Position numbers and translations under genes: made by a program | Source: an uncultured cyanobacterium | GTDB lineage: Bacteria; Cyanobacteriota; Cyanobacteriia; Cyanobacteriales; Nostocaceae | Length of the DNA stretch: 64,000 nucleotides | Assembly (NCBI GenBank): GCA_963706595.1 | Contig: OY970166.1 | Coordinates: 2,560,001-2,624,000 of the forward strand | Direction: 5' to 3' | Shown: piece after piece, positions 1-11,542 of the stretch | How positions within the stretch are numbered: the stretch's first letter is position 1 | How the letters are laid out: each line of letters starts with the position of its first letter | The notes under the pieces: model-generated | What the model saw: the letters and a program-made list of their open reading frames with translations, nothing else | Told to the model about the DNA's origin: nothing | Database searches by the model: none

Positions 1-87
1 TAGTTACCTTAGATTTGATGCAATTTAAGGATATATTTGAACATTAAGTAAACAGTCAATAGTTGCTAGTAACTATTGACTGAAAAA

Positions 88-543
88 CTAGACATCTTTG
101 TTGAGATTTTCCAAATGATCTTGCATTCGAGATACCACATTTAGATCATCTGCACCTGCGGGAGTTTTGGATTCAATAATACCTTCTGTCGGACCGCCGA
201 TTTCTTTCCAGGCAGCTAAACCACCTTTGAGTTCAGAGACATGATTAAATTTAGCATTACGGAGCATTCTAGCGGCTTGGGCAGCTTGTTGATCATTCTC
301 TCCGTAGACATAAATATCACGATTTTTATCTAAAGATGACGAGCTTCGATCAACCAACTCATCCATTGGCATCGGCATCGCCCCCATAATATGACCCTGA
401 TTGTAGGTGAGGCGATCGCGCACATCTAAAATTGTAAAAGCTGGTTCGCCCCATTCCAAACGAGACTTAACAGCATAAACGTCAGACTGTGTTTTTACTG
501 GTGGTTGTGAGGGAATAATAGCATCTAGTGGATTAGTATCCAT
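88..543 (-). CDS. Rhodanese-like domain protein
   Basis: ILDVRDRLTYNQGHIMGA and LKGGLAAW rhodanese motifs; no Cys in the active-site loop (IYVYG). Confidence 0.85.
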   Translation of the reverse strand: MDTNPLDAIIPSQPPVKTQSDVYAVKSRLEWGEPAFTILDVRDRLTYNQGHIMGAMPMPMDELVDRSSSSLDKNRDIYVYGENDQQAAQAARMLRNAKFNHVSELKGGLAAWKEIGGPTEGIIESKTPAGADDLNVVSRMQDHLENLNKDV

Positions 544-979
544 AACTTTTTGTGACTATTTTCATTAACATTAATTTAGCAAAATATATACATTCTTCTT
601 CTCTTTCGCAGGTATGAATATTTGCAACTTCTCTCTACAGATAGATTAGCTTATTGATTTTTTATTATTCAATATCATCTCTACTGAATTGCTGCTGAAA
701 CCCGTAATCCCACATTGCCAAAACTAGACTTTATCTCTTTATCCCGTCAACATCAGGTCTACAGACCTCTCTATGCAGGATGTAAAATGTAGTTTGATGT
801 TTTTGGGTGAGATGTCAGGCTGACCGCAGATTACGTTAAGATGAGGGTAATGCTTTCCTGATTGGGTACAGCCCTTCACCGAGGTTAAGTGTTATCCCAG
901 CTGATCCGGTTTACCGAAGAGTAGCTACCGTAACAAAGATGAATTGCCAGATAAAAAAATAGGCTAAAACGTTATAGTG

Positions 980-1693
980 ATGCTTCCTGCTACAAATCCT
1001 AAAATTCTGGTTGTAGATGACGATCTTGGTATCCGCAATCTGATACATCGCTTTTTAAGTCGTAAATATCAAATAGAGTTGGCCGCAGATGGCAAAGCAG
1101 CACTGTCCTTGTTTGATCAATTCGACCCGGATTTAGTAATTTTGGATTGGAATTTACCGGATACTAGTGGCTATCAACTGTGTCAAGAAATGCAGAGTCG
1201 CACTAATGTTTTAGTGATGATACTGACTAGCAGGACATCTGAAGCTGATAAAATCAAAATTCTCTCCGTTGGTGCTGATGACTTTTTAACTAAACCGTTT
1301 AGCCTAGCAGAAATTGAACTGAGAGTAGAAGCCCTGTTAAGACGAATTCGCTCTGTTAACTCTTCGCCAACACAACGCCTCGTTTTTCACCAGTTAGCTA
1401 TTAACCCCGATGGGCGGGTGGTAACACTTAAAGATCAACCTCTAAACTTAACAGCACTGGAGTTTAATATTTTACATTTTTTAGCCAGTCATCCTGGTCA
1501 AGCTTGGAGTCGTACCCAGCTAATTCAAAAAATCTGGGGTTGCGAATATGTAGGCGATGGACGAGTGGTTGATGTGCATATAGGACAACTGCGTAAAAAG
1601 TTGGAAATTGATACTACTGTTCCTGAGTTTATTAAAACTGTGCGCGGTTACGGTTACAAGTTTGAATTACCGGAATCTACTGTGATTGGTTGA
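980..1693 (+). CDS. OmpR-family response regulator
   Basis: REC domain (ILVVDDD, LVILD, KPF) plus winged helix (VDVHIGQLRKK, TVRGYGY); ATG at 980, alternative GTG at 977. Confidence 0.9.
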   Translation: MLPATNPKILVVDDDLGIRNLIHRFLSRKYQIELAADGKAALSLFDQFDPDLVILDWNLPDTSGYQLCQEMQSRTNVLVMILTSRTSEADKIKILSVGADDFLTKPFSLAEIELRVEALLRRIRSVNSSPTQRLVFHQLAINPDGRVVTLKDQPLNLTALEFNILHFLASHPGQAWSRTQLIQKIWGCEYVGDGRVVDVHIGQLRKKLEIDTTVPEFIKTVRGYGYKFELPESTVIG

Positions 1694-1970
1694 GTAGATA
1701 ATTTAGTGTTAAGCTTGGGTTTTTATACCAAACACACTAAAGTACTTTGTGTCTCATCAAGCCTCAGAAGAAAACTTCATTTGCTGATTTATCGTTGCAA
1801 AAGTTTTCCCACGGTGAAGATATAGCGAGTTTAGCTGATATTTCTCCCATAGGTGAAATTTGGGACAAACACCGAACCAATGCGGAGAAAATTGCCTACT
1901 ATTACGCTACATCTGGGGAAAATTCCTTCTTGGAGTATGCTTAAAATCAGAAAATAGCTTCGATATGAGT

Positions 1971-3104
1971 TTATATATTCACTGATTTTTCGGTAGATAT
2001 AATATGTAAATCTATGTGTTTATCTCTAATTAAATCTATGAGTTGTTGAGTAAAAGACTTTTTGAAAATTTTTTCCCATCGGGGCTGCTGGCTTTCACCA
2101 ATAATAATTTGTGTAACGTGATGACCTGCTGCCACTTGAGCAATTTCTTTAGCAACACTTTGGCTTTTAACATATAAAAATTCACCGCCAAACTCTCGGC
2201 ACAATCTCTCACAAGTATCGATATGTAAACTTTCTTCTTTAGTGAGGAATTGTTCGGGATTGGCTACAAATACAGCATACAATCGCCCATTCATATAATT
2301 AGCAATGCGTGCGCCTCGACGTAACAACTGCACTGAATCAGGATAAGTAGATACACATACTAGAACTCTTTCGTGAATGTTACAATTTTGTCCGACTAAG
2401 TTAGAAGTGTTTGCTGTTTCCTCAACTGTATCTGCAACTTCTCTTAAAGCTAGTTCTCTTAACGCGATGAGATTACGACGCTGAAAAAAGTTTTTTAGGG
2501 ATTGTTCGATTTTATCAGGGGAATAAATTTTGCCTTCTTTTAGGCGTTCTTCTAAAGTTTCAGGAGTGACATCAATCACAACAACAGCATCAGCTTCATC
2601 TAATAGGTAATCAGGAATGCGCTCTCGTACCACCACACCTGTAATTCTTGCTACTAGGTCGTTTAAACTTTCTAAATGTTGAATATTCATAGTGGAATAA
2701 ACATCAATTCCGGCTGCTAAAATTACCTCTACATCTTGATAGCGTTTTGCTCGTGGAGAACCAGGAACGTTAGTATGTGCAAGTTCATCCACTAACACCA
2801 GTTGGGGGAAACGTTGCACAATTGCGTCTGTATCCATTTCTTGCAGAGTAACGTTTTGATGGATAATGGCTTTGCGCTTAACTACCTCTAATCCATCAGC
2901 TTTCATGGCCGTTTCTTTGCGCCCATGAGTTTCTAACATCCCGATAACTACATCAATGCCATCTTGTTTGAGTTGATGTGCTTCTTCCAGCATTTTATAA
3001 GTTTTGCCGACACCGGGAGCCATACCAATAAAAATTTTATGTTTCCCGCGTCGGTGAGGACGAATATAGGAACTGTCGGGGGAGGGGGTATGGGAATGAA
3101 TCAT
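1971..3104 (-). CDS. kdpD: Truncated KdpD (N-terminal sensor + Usp domain, no TM or kinase domains)
   Basis: KIFIGMAPGVGKTY, LVDELAHTN, NIQHLESLND motifs; C-terminal Usp-like region; last gene of the kdp run. Confidence 0.9.
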   Translation of the reverse strand: MIHSHTPSPDSSYIRPHRRGKHKIFIGMAPGVGKTYKMLEEAHQLKQDGIDVVIGMLETHGRKETAMKADGLEVVKRKAIIHQNVTLQEMDTDAIVQRFPQLVLVDELAHTNVPGSPRAKRYQDVEVILAAGIDVYSTMNIQHLESLNDLVARITGVVVRERIPDYLLDEADAVVVIDVTPETLEERLKEGKIYSPDKIEQSLKNFFQRRNLIALRELALREVADTVEETANTSNLVGQNCNIHERVLVCVSTYPDSVQLLRRGARIANYMNGRLYAVFVANPEQFLTKEESLHIDTCERLCREFGGEFLYVKSQSVAKEIAQVAAGHHVTQIIIGESQQPRWEKIFKKSFTQQLIDLIRDKHIDLHIISTEKSVNI

Positions 3105-3670
3105 AAACTATCCAAAGCTAGATTTAGCTTGAGAAGATTAACTCCAGGTTCACCGAATATACCCAGAAATCTACCTTCGGTGTTTCGAGATATCAGGTTT
3201 TGAATTTGTTGGGTATCCACATTGCGGACAGCAGCAATCCGCGATAATTGTGCTTGGGCGGATTCAGGGCTGATGTGTGGGTCTAAACCAGAGCCAGAGC
3301 TATAAACTAGGTCAGCAGTGGGTTGAATATCAGCTTGTTTCAACCGTGTGACTTCTGCTTGAATGCGTTCGAGAAGTTCGGGGTTACTGGGTGCTAGGTT
3401 GCTTGCTCCTGATTCACCTGTGGTAGCCACTTCTGGGCTGGTACTGTAGTCAATAACACTAGGGCGGCTCCAAAAATAGCGATCGCTTGCAAAGGGTTGA
3501 CCAATTAAGGCTGAACCGATTACTGTACCTTGATTGTTGGTGATTAAGCTACCATTGGCATGGAAGGGAAAGGCTATCTGTCCACAAATCAGCATGAATA
3601 AGGGATAAAGGAAGGCTGTTAATATCCACAACGCTAAGGTGGAACGAATGGCTTTAGTAATTTGGTTCAT
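3101..3670 (-). CDS. kdpC: K+-transporting ATPase subunit C
   Basis: YFWSRPS, SGASNLAP, SGSGLDPHIS, GEPGVNLLKLNLALD. Confidence 0.95.
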   Translation of the reverse strand: MNQITKAIRSTLALWILTAFLYPLFMLICGQIAFPFHANGSLITNNQGTVIGSALIGQPFASDRYFWSRPSVIDYSTSPEVATTGESGASNLAPSNPELLERIQAEVTRLKQADIQPTADLVYSSGSGLDPHISPESAQAQLSRIAAVRNVDTQQIQNLISRNTEGRFLGIFGEPGVNLLKLNLALDSL

Positions 3671-3858
3671 TAGAATTTCTCCGGTTGAAAAATGACAAGG
3701 AATAAATAAGTGCTGACGGCTAAAGTGGCGATTCCTAAAAGTCCAATGGCGTAGGATGCAGCGCGTGATATTTCGTCAGGGGTAGCTGCGTATACGGCTT
3801 GTGCTAGGAATACGTTGAGGGAAAGAGTGAGGAAGAGAAAGAGAGATAATTTTTTCAT
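3670..3858 (-). CDS. kdpG: Small KdpF/KdpG-type subunit
   Basis: 62 aa with two hydrophobic segments; ends YLFLVIFQPEKF like KdpF; lies between kdpB and kdpC as in cyanobacterial kdp operons. Confidence 0.75.
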   Translation of the reverse strand: MKKLSLFLFLTLSLNVFLAQAVYAATPDEISRAASYAIGLLGIATLAVSTYLFLVIFQPEKF

Positions 3859-3890
3859 GATTTAAACGCAAAGGGGCGCGGAGATGTCTA

Positions 3891-5958
3891 TTAGGCTAGT
3901 CCTATGGTTGTGATGAAAAGGTCTATGATTTTGATGGCTATGAAGGGAGCTATTACGCCGCCAAATCCGTAGATGAAAATGTTCCGTTGTAGGAGTTGGT
4001 CGGCGGTTAATGGTCGAAATTTTACGCCAGTTAGTGCTAGGGGGATGAGTGCGGGAATGATTAAGGCGTTATAAATTAAAGCTGATAAAACTGCTGATTG
4101 GGTACTTGCTAAACCCATTATATTGAGAGCGCTAACGCCAATTCCTGAGAAGATGGCGGGGAGAATGGCGAAGTATTTGGCGATATCGTTGGCTATGGAA
4201 AATGTGGTAAGTGCGCCACGGGTAATGAGTAGTTGTTTACCAATGGTGACGATATCAATTAACTTCGTGGGGTCGGAATCTAGGTCTACCATGTTAGCAG
4301 CTTCTTTGGCGGCTTGAGTACCTGTATTCATTGCCACACCTACGTTTGCTTGAGCTAGGGCTGGGGCATCGTTAGTCCCATCTCCTGTCATAGCTACGAG
4401 TTTTCCTTGGGCTTGTTCAGTTTTAATGACTTCGATTTTGTCTTCAGGTGTGGCTTCGGCGATAAAGTCATCAACTCCGGCTTCTGCGGCAATTACAGAT
4501 GCTGTAATCCGGTTATCTCCGGTGAGCATGATGGTTTTAATTCCCATGCGGCGCATTTGGTCAAACCGTTCCCGAATCCCGGGTTTAATAATATCTTTGA
4601 GATAAATTACACCGTAGATATCATCATTTTGGCAGAGTGCTAAGGGAGTACCACCTAAGCGAGAAATTCGCTCAAAAGCGGTATCAAGTTCCGGTGTTAA
4701 TTTTCCCTGGCGAGAACGAACAAAGCCTTTAATGGCATCTACTGCACCTTTACGAATTTCTACCCCATTGGATAAGTCAGTACCACTCATGCGGGTTTTG
4801 GCAGAAAATTCAATACCTTCGGCTTGCTTGGTATCAAAATCTAATTTTGCCCCTAGTTTCTCTGCGAGTTTGACAATTGATTTGCCCTCTGGGGTTTCAT
4901 CAAATACACTCGATGCCAGGGCAACTTGCGCGAACATCTGCTATTGCATGACCGTTGATGGGAATAAATTCTTCTGCCAAGCGGTTTCCCAAGGTAATTG
5001 TACCTGTTTTATCTAAAATGAGGGTGTTGATATCTCCGCAGGCTTCTACCGCCCTTCCAGAGGTGGCAATGACATTAAATTGGGCGACTCTATCCATGCC
5101 TGCAATGCCAATAGCGCTTAATAATCCGCCGATGGTGGTGGGAATTAGGGCTACTAGTAAGGCGATGAGTACGGCAATACTTATGGGTGAGTTGACGTAG
5201 ACTGACACTGTAGGTAGTGTGGCAATTACAACCAAAAATACCTGCGTGAGAACTGCCAGCAATACTGTCAGGGCAATTTCATTGGGTGTTTTGCTGCGGG
5301 AAGCACCTTCTACTAAACCAATCATCCGGTCAAGAAAGCCTTCTCCTGGGTCATTTGTCACCCGAATTATGAGTTCGTCGGAGGTGATACGCGTTCCTCC
5401 GGTGACTGAACTGGCAATGTCTGAACCTGGTTCTTTTAATACTGGTGCTGATTCTCCTGTAATTGCTGATTCATCCACGGAAGCTACACCTTTCATTACT
5501 TCACCGTCGGCGGGGATGACATCACCAGCAGTTACTTTGATTGTGTCACCGCGCCGTAAGGCTGTGGAATTTACTTCTTGGAGGGAACCATCGGGGAGAA
5601 TTTTTTTGGCTTTGGCATCGGATTTTGCCGAGCGCAACGCATCTGCTTGAGCTTTCCCTCTTCCTTCGGCTACGGCTTCGGCAAAGTTGGCAAAGACAAG
5701 GGTTGAGAATAATATTAGGGTGATCAGTCCGTTGAATAATCGCGGATTTTCTCCTGGTGTGGGGCCAAATATGTTCGGTGCGATCGTCATCAATGCTGTG
5801 ACGATTGTACCTAGCCAAACTACGAACATGACTGGATTTTTGATCATGTTACCTGGGGACAGCTTGGCAAATGCTTGTTGAAATGCTCGTGTGTAGAGTC
5901 CGCTTGGTTTGGTTTGGGGTTTATGTTTGCGTTGTTTTCGGGGTTTTGTTGTTTCCAT
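3891..5958 (-). CDS. kdpB: K+-transporting ATPase subunit B, split by a +1 frameshift near 4932-4934
   Basis: DKTGT phosphorylation motif and TGES in the 5' [11 protein letters not shown] in the 3' ORF; removing one base gives ...[14 protein letters not shown]... Confidence 0.9.
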
Positions 5959-6049
5959 TTTGGGGTGAATAAATTAAATTTTTTTCGGGCTTACGCCCCA
6001 CTGCGCTAACACGCAAAGGCGCAAAGGCGCAAAGAAGGAAGAAAGATTT

Positions 6050-7735
6050 TTATCCTCCTGCGGCTAGTTGGAATGCTTCTGCTATGGGGCCTAAGACTAA
6101 GGCGGGGAGGAAAGTAAGTGCGCCCAGGATTAAAATTACTCCGCTTGTCACTCCTGTAAAGAGTCTTGTGTCTGTTCTTAAAGTACCTGTGGTCATAGGA
6201 ACAGGTTGTTTACGAGACATACTATCTGCCAAAAGTAGCAGTGCAATAATTGGTATATAACGCCCCGCCAAAATACTGGCTGTGGCGCTGAGGTTCCACC
6301 AAAGTGTGTCATCACCTAATCCTTCAAATCCTGAACCGTTGTTGGCGGCGGCGGATGCGTATTCGTAAACTACTTGGGAAACTCCATGAAATCCTGGGTT
6401 GCTAATACCTGAGAGGGTGTCAGGAAAGGCGAAGACTATGGCCCAGGGAATCAGGATGGCGAAAGGGTGGACTAATAAGACGACGCTGGCGAGGACGATT
6501 TCTTTTTTCTCGATTTTGCGTCCTAAAAATTCCGGTGTTCTTCCTACCATTAAGCCTGTGAGGAATACTGCCAAAATTAAGTAGATGTATAGAAAAGCTG
6601 TGCCGGTTCCTTGTCCTCCCCAAATGATTTGCAAGAACATATTAAAGAGTGTGGCAAATCCGCCGGTCGGCATTAAGGAATCGTGCATTCCGTTGACAGC
6701 ACCGCACATTGTAGCTGTGGTCATGACTGCCCAAAGTGCTGTTTGCGCCCAACCAAATCTCACTTCTTTTCCTTCTAAGTTGGGTTGCTGTTCTCCTAAG
6801 AGGGGATTAACTAGGGGATTTCCTTGAAATTCGCCTACTGCGGTAATTCCTACTAAGAAAACAAAAATGATAAATACCATCCAAAATACTAACCATGCTT
6901 GCTTACGGTTATTACTAAATACGCCGTAGGTATAAATTAGGGATGCGGGGATGGCAACCATGATGCAGGTTTCTAATAAGTTAGAAAAGCCATTGGGATT
7001 TTCAAAGGGATGGGCTGAGTTAATTCCAAAGAAACCACCACCGTTTTCTCCCAGTTCTTTGATAATTTCAAAATGGGCGACTGGGCCACGGGCAATTACT
7101 TGAGTTGCGCCTTCTAAGGTGGTTACTGTTGCTGGACCGGCTAGGGTTTCTGGTACACCTGCTAATAGTAAAAGCAATCCGCCAACTATTGATATTGGTA
7201 ATAATATCCGGGTGATTGATTGGGTTAGGTCGGTGTAAAAGTTACCTAATGGTCTGCCAGTTAAACCCCGAATAAAAGCTATGGCTACTGCTAAACCCGT
7301 TGCAGCCGAAGTGAACATAAAGAAACCGAGGGCAAATACTTGGCTACCATAGCTATAGGTTGTTTCACCTGAGTAATGCTGTTGGTTGGTGTTGGTGAGA
7401 AAGGAAATGGTGGTGTGCAGTCCTAAATCCCAACTTGGTGCATCTAATCCTGTGGGATTTAATGGCAACCATCCCTGAAACATCAGAATGAAGTAGGCAA
7501 AAATCCCCATGATGAGATTGCTAAACAGCAATTCTTTGGCATATTGCCGACCTGTTAAATTTTCTTGGGGACGTACTCCACTAATGGCAAATATTACTCT
7601 TTCCAAGGGATTAATTATGGGGTCAAGTAGTGTTTTTTCTCCCATGAACACCCGCGCCATGTACCTTCCCAGTAAGGGAGTTGTGGCTATGACTATTAGT
7701 AAGGTTAAAGTAATTTGTATCCATCCTTGTAACAT
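6050..7735 (-). CDS. kdpA: K+-transporting ATPase subunit A
   Basis: [33 protein letters not shown] motifs. Confidence 0.95.
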   Translation of the reverse strand: MLQGWIQITLTLLIVIATTPLLGRYMARVFMGEKTLLDPIINPLERVIFAISGVRPQENLTGRQYAKELLFSNLIMGIFAYFILMFQGWLPLNPTGLDAPSWDLGLHTTISFLTNTNQQHYSGETTYSYGSQVFALGFFMFTSAATGLAVAIAFIRGLTGRPLGNFYTDLTQSITRILLPISIVGGLLLLLAGVPETLAGPATVTTLEGATQVIARGPVAHFEIIKELGENGGGFFGINSAHPFENPNGFSNLLETCIMVAIPASLIYTYGVFSNNRKQAWLVFWMVFIIFVFLVGITAVGEFQGNPLVNPLLGEQQPNLEGKEVRFGWAQTALWAVMTTATMCGAVNGMHDSLMPTGGFATLFNMFLQIIWGGQGTGTAFLYIYLILAVFLTGLMVGRTPEFLGRKIEKKEIVLASVVLLVHPFAILIPWAIVFAFPDTLSGISNPGFHGVSQVVYEYASAAANNGSGFEGLGDDTLWWNLSATASILAGRYIPIIALLLLADSMSRKQPVPMTTGTLRTDTRLFTGVTSGVILILGALTFLPALVLGPIAEAFQLAAGG

Positions 7736-7738
7736 GAA

Positions 7739-8095
7739 TTAAGAAAGCTCCCGATAAGTTATTTTTAGATTTTTAATTGGACATTCTTGGGATGAGTAGT
7801 GAACCGGATGTGTTTTATTTAGGGTAAATTTTAGCTCTGGAACTGAGGCTGCATTTAGAGCAACAGCCAAGATGTAATCTTCACACCAAATTGTTGGTTC
7901 GGCACTTGCTAGGATGATTTGGTTATCTCTAATAATCCCCAAAGCAAAGCATTTTTTTGGTAATTTTAAGCTGGTTAAGGCAATGCCACAATGACAGCTA
8001 TTATTCGTGATTTTTGTACTTGTTAAACCTAATGCCATGTCAGCATTTATCTGATTTATAGAGAACATGATCTTGGTTCTCTTGATTTGTAACAA
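7739..8095 (-). CDS. Putative stand-alone TrkA-C (RCK-C) domain protein heading the kdp operon
   Basis: GIALTSLKLP..ALGIIRDNQII..TIWCEDYILAV resembles TrkA-C; ends 3 nt before the kdpA start; start codon uncertain. Confidence 0.55.
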   Translation of the reverse strand: MLQIKRTKIMFSINQINADMALGLTSTKITNNSCHCGIALTSLKLPKKCFALGIIRDNQIILASAEPTIWCEDYILAVALNAASVPELKFTLNKTHPVHYSSQECPIKNLKITYRELS

Positions 8096-8368
8096 TTTTC
8101 ATCATCAATTAATTTCTCTATTAAAGCAAGTATTAGAAGGGTATAAAATGGAGTTTATTTTTCTATATGTAGTGTTTATTTAAAGTATATGTCAGCGTTT
8201 ATGATGTTTAGAGAAGTGTTTATTTTTAGCTAAACGCCCTAAAAAAATCCATTAATAGGTCAAATATAATAAAATAAATAGAATAGAGATGCTATCTGAT
8301 TTTCAGCATCATCGCACTCAGGGAAAACTAAAAATTGGACATTTAATTAGTAATACTTAATTTATTGA

Positions 8369-9494
8369 ATGAGACATCTTATAACTAAACGTTTTAATCA
8401 AGAATCGCGTTTGGGCAAATATTTATTCATTGCTGGTTTATATATATTTGTGATGGTTCTGGAGTTCTCTACGCCCATTCCTTACGTTTTCGGGTATCTC
8501 TACACAGGGCCGATTTTATTGACAAATGCTTGGTTGGGAAGGCGTGCAACTTTTCAAGCTACTCTTGCGGCTGTGTTTTTAACTATGTTAAATCTTGTAT
8601 TGCCAGGAGGTGAAGTGATGAAGGCTTCGACAATTGCTAGTAGAGCAATCGCCTCACTGGCGTTGATTGTCACAGGTATTCTCAGTGATGCCTATGGTGG
8701 GTTGCGTCAGCGTGTCCGGCGTTCTGAGGAGGCGATCGCCTTAACTCGTGCCAAACTAGAAGCACAAGAGGAATTAGTCAGAGTCCGAGAAGATTTTGCT
8801 TCTACACTCACCCACGACCTCAAAACGCCTTTATTAGGAGCAATTGAAACTCTCAAAGCCTTTGAAGCGGAAAAATTTGGCCCCGTATTGCCAGGCACAG
8901 CAAAAAGTTTTAGCGACAATGGCGCGTAGTCATCACACTTCACTACAACTGCTAGAAACTTTATTAGATATCTATCGTAATGATACTGAAGGTTTAGAAC
9001 TTAAGTTAGCACCTGTAGATTTAGCTATGCTGACAGAAGAAGCAGCTAGCACTCTGACTGAGTTAGCAGCAAATCGGCGTGTATATCTCTGTGTTAATTA
9101 TGGTGAATCCGATTGGCGACAATCTTTGTGGGTGAAAGGTGATGCTTTACAACTGCAACGAGTCATCATCAATCTCTTAGTCAATGCCATCAACCATACG
9201 CCCCGCAATGGCCGTGTGGAAGTCGTGTTAGAATCGCAATCTGCCTATCAAGTTGTGAAAATTTTGGATACAGGTGCGGGTATGCAGCCCGAAGAGTTTT
9301 CCCATTTATTTGAACGATTTTATCAAGGACATAGCCAACGCCAAACCAAAGGTTCAGGATTAGGACTTTATCTATCTCGCCAAATTATTACAGCCCACGG
9401 CGGTATAATCTGGGCAGAGAACATATTACCCGTTGGAGCTATGTTTGCTTTTAAGCTTCCTGTCTACCCCTTTCAGTCCTCTCTAACTGCGTGA
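8369..9494 (+). CDS. Membrane sensor histidine kinase (about 4 TM + HisKA + HATPase), +1 frameshift at about 8894
   Basis: THDLKTPL H-box in the 5' ORF; NLLVNAI, DTGAG, GSGLGL in the 3' ORF; removing one G of CCAGGCA gives PVLPAQQKVL. Confidence 0.85.
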
Positions 9495-9495
9495 G

Positions 9496-10173
9496 ATGCT
9501 GTCTACCCCCATCAAAATTCTCCTGGTTGAGGATGATGAATTATTTCGCTTAGGCTTGCGCGTGCGATTGCAGGAAGAAATTGGACTAGAGATTGTGGCT
9601 GAGGCTGAGGATGGTGAAACCGCGATTGAGTTAGTCAGTCAACACACTTTGGATGTGGTGTTGCTAGATGTGGGATTACCAGGAATTGGCGGGATTGAGG
9701 CTTGTAAACAAATCAAGCAGCAAAATCCTCTTTTACCAATCTTAGTTTTAACTTCTCATTCTCAAAAAACCCTGATTTCGCAGTTGATTGCAGCTGGCGC
9801 TCAAGGTTATTGCCTTAAAGGAATTGCTGCGGAAAAATTAGTATTAGCACTGCGTTCTGTGGCTGTGGGTGCATCTTGGTGGGATGAAACCGCAACAAAT
9901 CAAATTCGTTCTACTTTTAGCTCTGAGTTGTATTCGGAGAATGTATCTAAAACTGTCAATCCTTTGACTCAGCGTGAACAAGAAATTTTGTCATTTTTGG
10001 CAGCCGGAAAAACTAACCAAGAAATTGCCTTGGCATTATATATTACTACTGGAACTGTGAGAGTTCATGTTCATGCTATTTTACATAAATTAGAAGTAAG
10101 CGATCGCTCTCAAGCTGTAATTGTGGCTATGCAAAAACACTTAATTAAAAGTAACTTAATCATCCAAGAATAA
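9496..10173 (+). CDS. NarL/LuxR-family response regulator
   Basis: REC domain plus LuxR HTH (LTQREQEIL..GKTNQEIA..TVRVHV); starts 1 nt after the kinase stop. Confidence 0.9.
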   Translation: MLSTPIKILLVEDDELFRLGLRVRLQEEIGLEIVAEAEDGETAIELVSQHTLDVVLLDVGLPGIGGIEACKQIKQQNPLLPILVLTSHSQKTLISQLIAAGAQGYCLKGIAAEKLVLALRSVAVGASWWDETATNQIRSTFSSELYSENVSKTVNPLTQREQEILSFLAAGKTNQEIALALYITTGTVRVHVHAILHKLEVSDRSQAVIVAMQKHLIKSNLIIQE

Positions 10174-10228
10174 ATGTTGTGGGGCGGTCATCCTCCCCGC
10201 CCTTATGACATGAATCAGAACAACAATT

Positions 10229-11542
10229 TTATCGATAATCCTGCCTTTGAATATCACCTAAACGGGCAGCATTACGAATATTATAATCAGTACGAGTAAA
10301 GCGATTTAACTGCGCCTCATAAAAGTCTCTATTGGCTTGTAAATGCTCAGGATCAGGGTCATCTAAAGGATGATGTAATGCTGTACGTAATGCTTGAATT
10401 ACCGCAGATGTAACATTGTACATTGACCGTTGAAAAGTAATTCCCAACTGAATCAACATATCATCTTCGCCTCGGCAATGTTTTTTGTAATCTTCAATTA
10501 GATATTCTGGCAAAAAATGCAGCATATCTTGCATCAATAATGTTGGGGGAATACCTGCTGTCCCCACCGGAAATACATCAGCATAGAGAATACCATAGTG
10601 GAAATCTTCTTGCTTATTTGGTACTTGACCCGCTTGAGCATTATAAGATTTTGTTCCCCTAAAAGGTGCTGTGCGATAAAAAACAGCTTCTACATAAGGT
10701 AACGCAGCTTCATACAACCAAACAAAACCTTCAGATTTGGGAACGATTTCGTAGCATTCACCACGGATATAAACATGATGGTAAATAGGACGACTTGCTA
10801 CGGCAAAAATCCCATTTACCAGAAAATCCATAGCTTCTGGGACACTGGTAATTTTCCCTTCGTCATATAAATCTGACATTTCAAAAAATACCGGAGCCAT
10901 AACTTCCCAGAATAGCCCCAAATTAGAATAGTAAGACATTTGGCGGCACTGTTCTAAAAACATATCTGGGAACAGTTTATAAAGCCCCAACATTACCGGG
11001 TTTCCTTGGAAATAAGCTTTGATAGCTCTATCAGCGTTGGCTTTATATTCTGGACTATCTAAATAAGGGTCAAATTTCCCACCCATTCCCCTGTGCCACA
11101 ACATTGCACGCATACAAGCTTCAGCAAATTCCATATTGATGCGGTCATGGAATAAGTGATGTAATAACTTAGGCATTTTCAAGGTTTCACCCTTTTCCAT
11201 AAATGCCAAAAGTTCAGGATGTGCAGTTGCTTCACCGCGCCAAACTCTCAATTCAGCATCATCACCAGCATAATGATTATGCAATTCTAAATACTCTTTC
11301 GGCAAGAAGTATTTGAAAAAGGGCAACGGATTTAAAAATACACGTTCAGCAATATAAAGCAAGTCACGCCAGTAGAAATCCATCGGTACGGCGTAAGCTT
11401 TATAAATGCCGATAATTTGTTTTAAATTTTCAGGTGTATCTGGCAACATCGAACCACCTGCTTCTAGCCGATGAATGATATCAGCAAATTCATGTTGAGA
11501 AGGAGGTAATTTACTAGTAGATTTTTCTGGAGTTTGTACCAT
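10229..11542 (-). CDS. cupA: CO2 hydration protein CupA (ChpY)
   Basis: RLEAGGSMLPDTPENL, PFRGTKSYNAQA, GIPPTLLMQDM; 437 aa; follows ndhF3/ndhD3. Confidence 0.92.
   Translation of the reverse strand: MVQTPEKSTSKLPPSQHEFADIIHRLEAGGSMLPDTPENLKQIIGIYKAYAVPMDFYWRDLLYIAERVFLNPLPFFKYFLPKEYLELHNHYAGDDAELRVWRGEATAHPELLAFMEKGETLKMPKLLHHLFHDRINMEFAEACMRAMLWHRGMGGKFDPYLDSPEYKANADRAIKAYFQGNPVMLGLYKLFPDMFLEQCRQMSYYSNLGLFWEVMAPVFFEMSDLYDEGKITSVPEAMDFLVNGIFAVASRPIYHHVYIRGECYEIVPKSEGFVWLYEAALPYVEAVFYRTAPFRGTKSYNAQAGQVPNKQEDFHYGILYADVFPVGTAGIPPTLLMQDMLHFLPEYLIEDYKKHCRGEDDMLIQLGITFQRSMYNVTSAVIQALRTALHHPLDDPDPEHLQANRDFYEAQLNRFTRTDYNIRNAARLGDIQRQDYR

Noticed and set aside
780..960. Possible structured RNA upstream of the OmpR-type regulator
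   Set aside because: Somewhat GC-richer with short hairpins, but I recognise no RNA family; an Rfam search would be needed
1747..1944. 65-aa ORF between the response regulator and kdpD
   Set aside because: TTG start, no clear RBS or recognisable motif; could be a gene remnant but I cannot support it
4920..4945. Programmed frameshifting in kdpB or the other split genes
   Set aside because: No slippery heptamer or stimulatory structure at the sites; the pattern across unrelated genes fits sequencing error better
4123..7742. Plus-strand ORFs antisense to kdpB/kdpA, and similar antisense ORFs elsewhere
   Set aside because: Shadow frames of well-supported genes with no independent motifs
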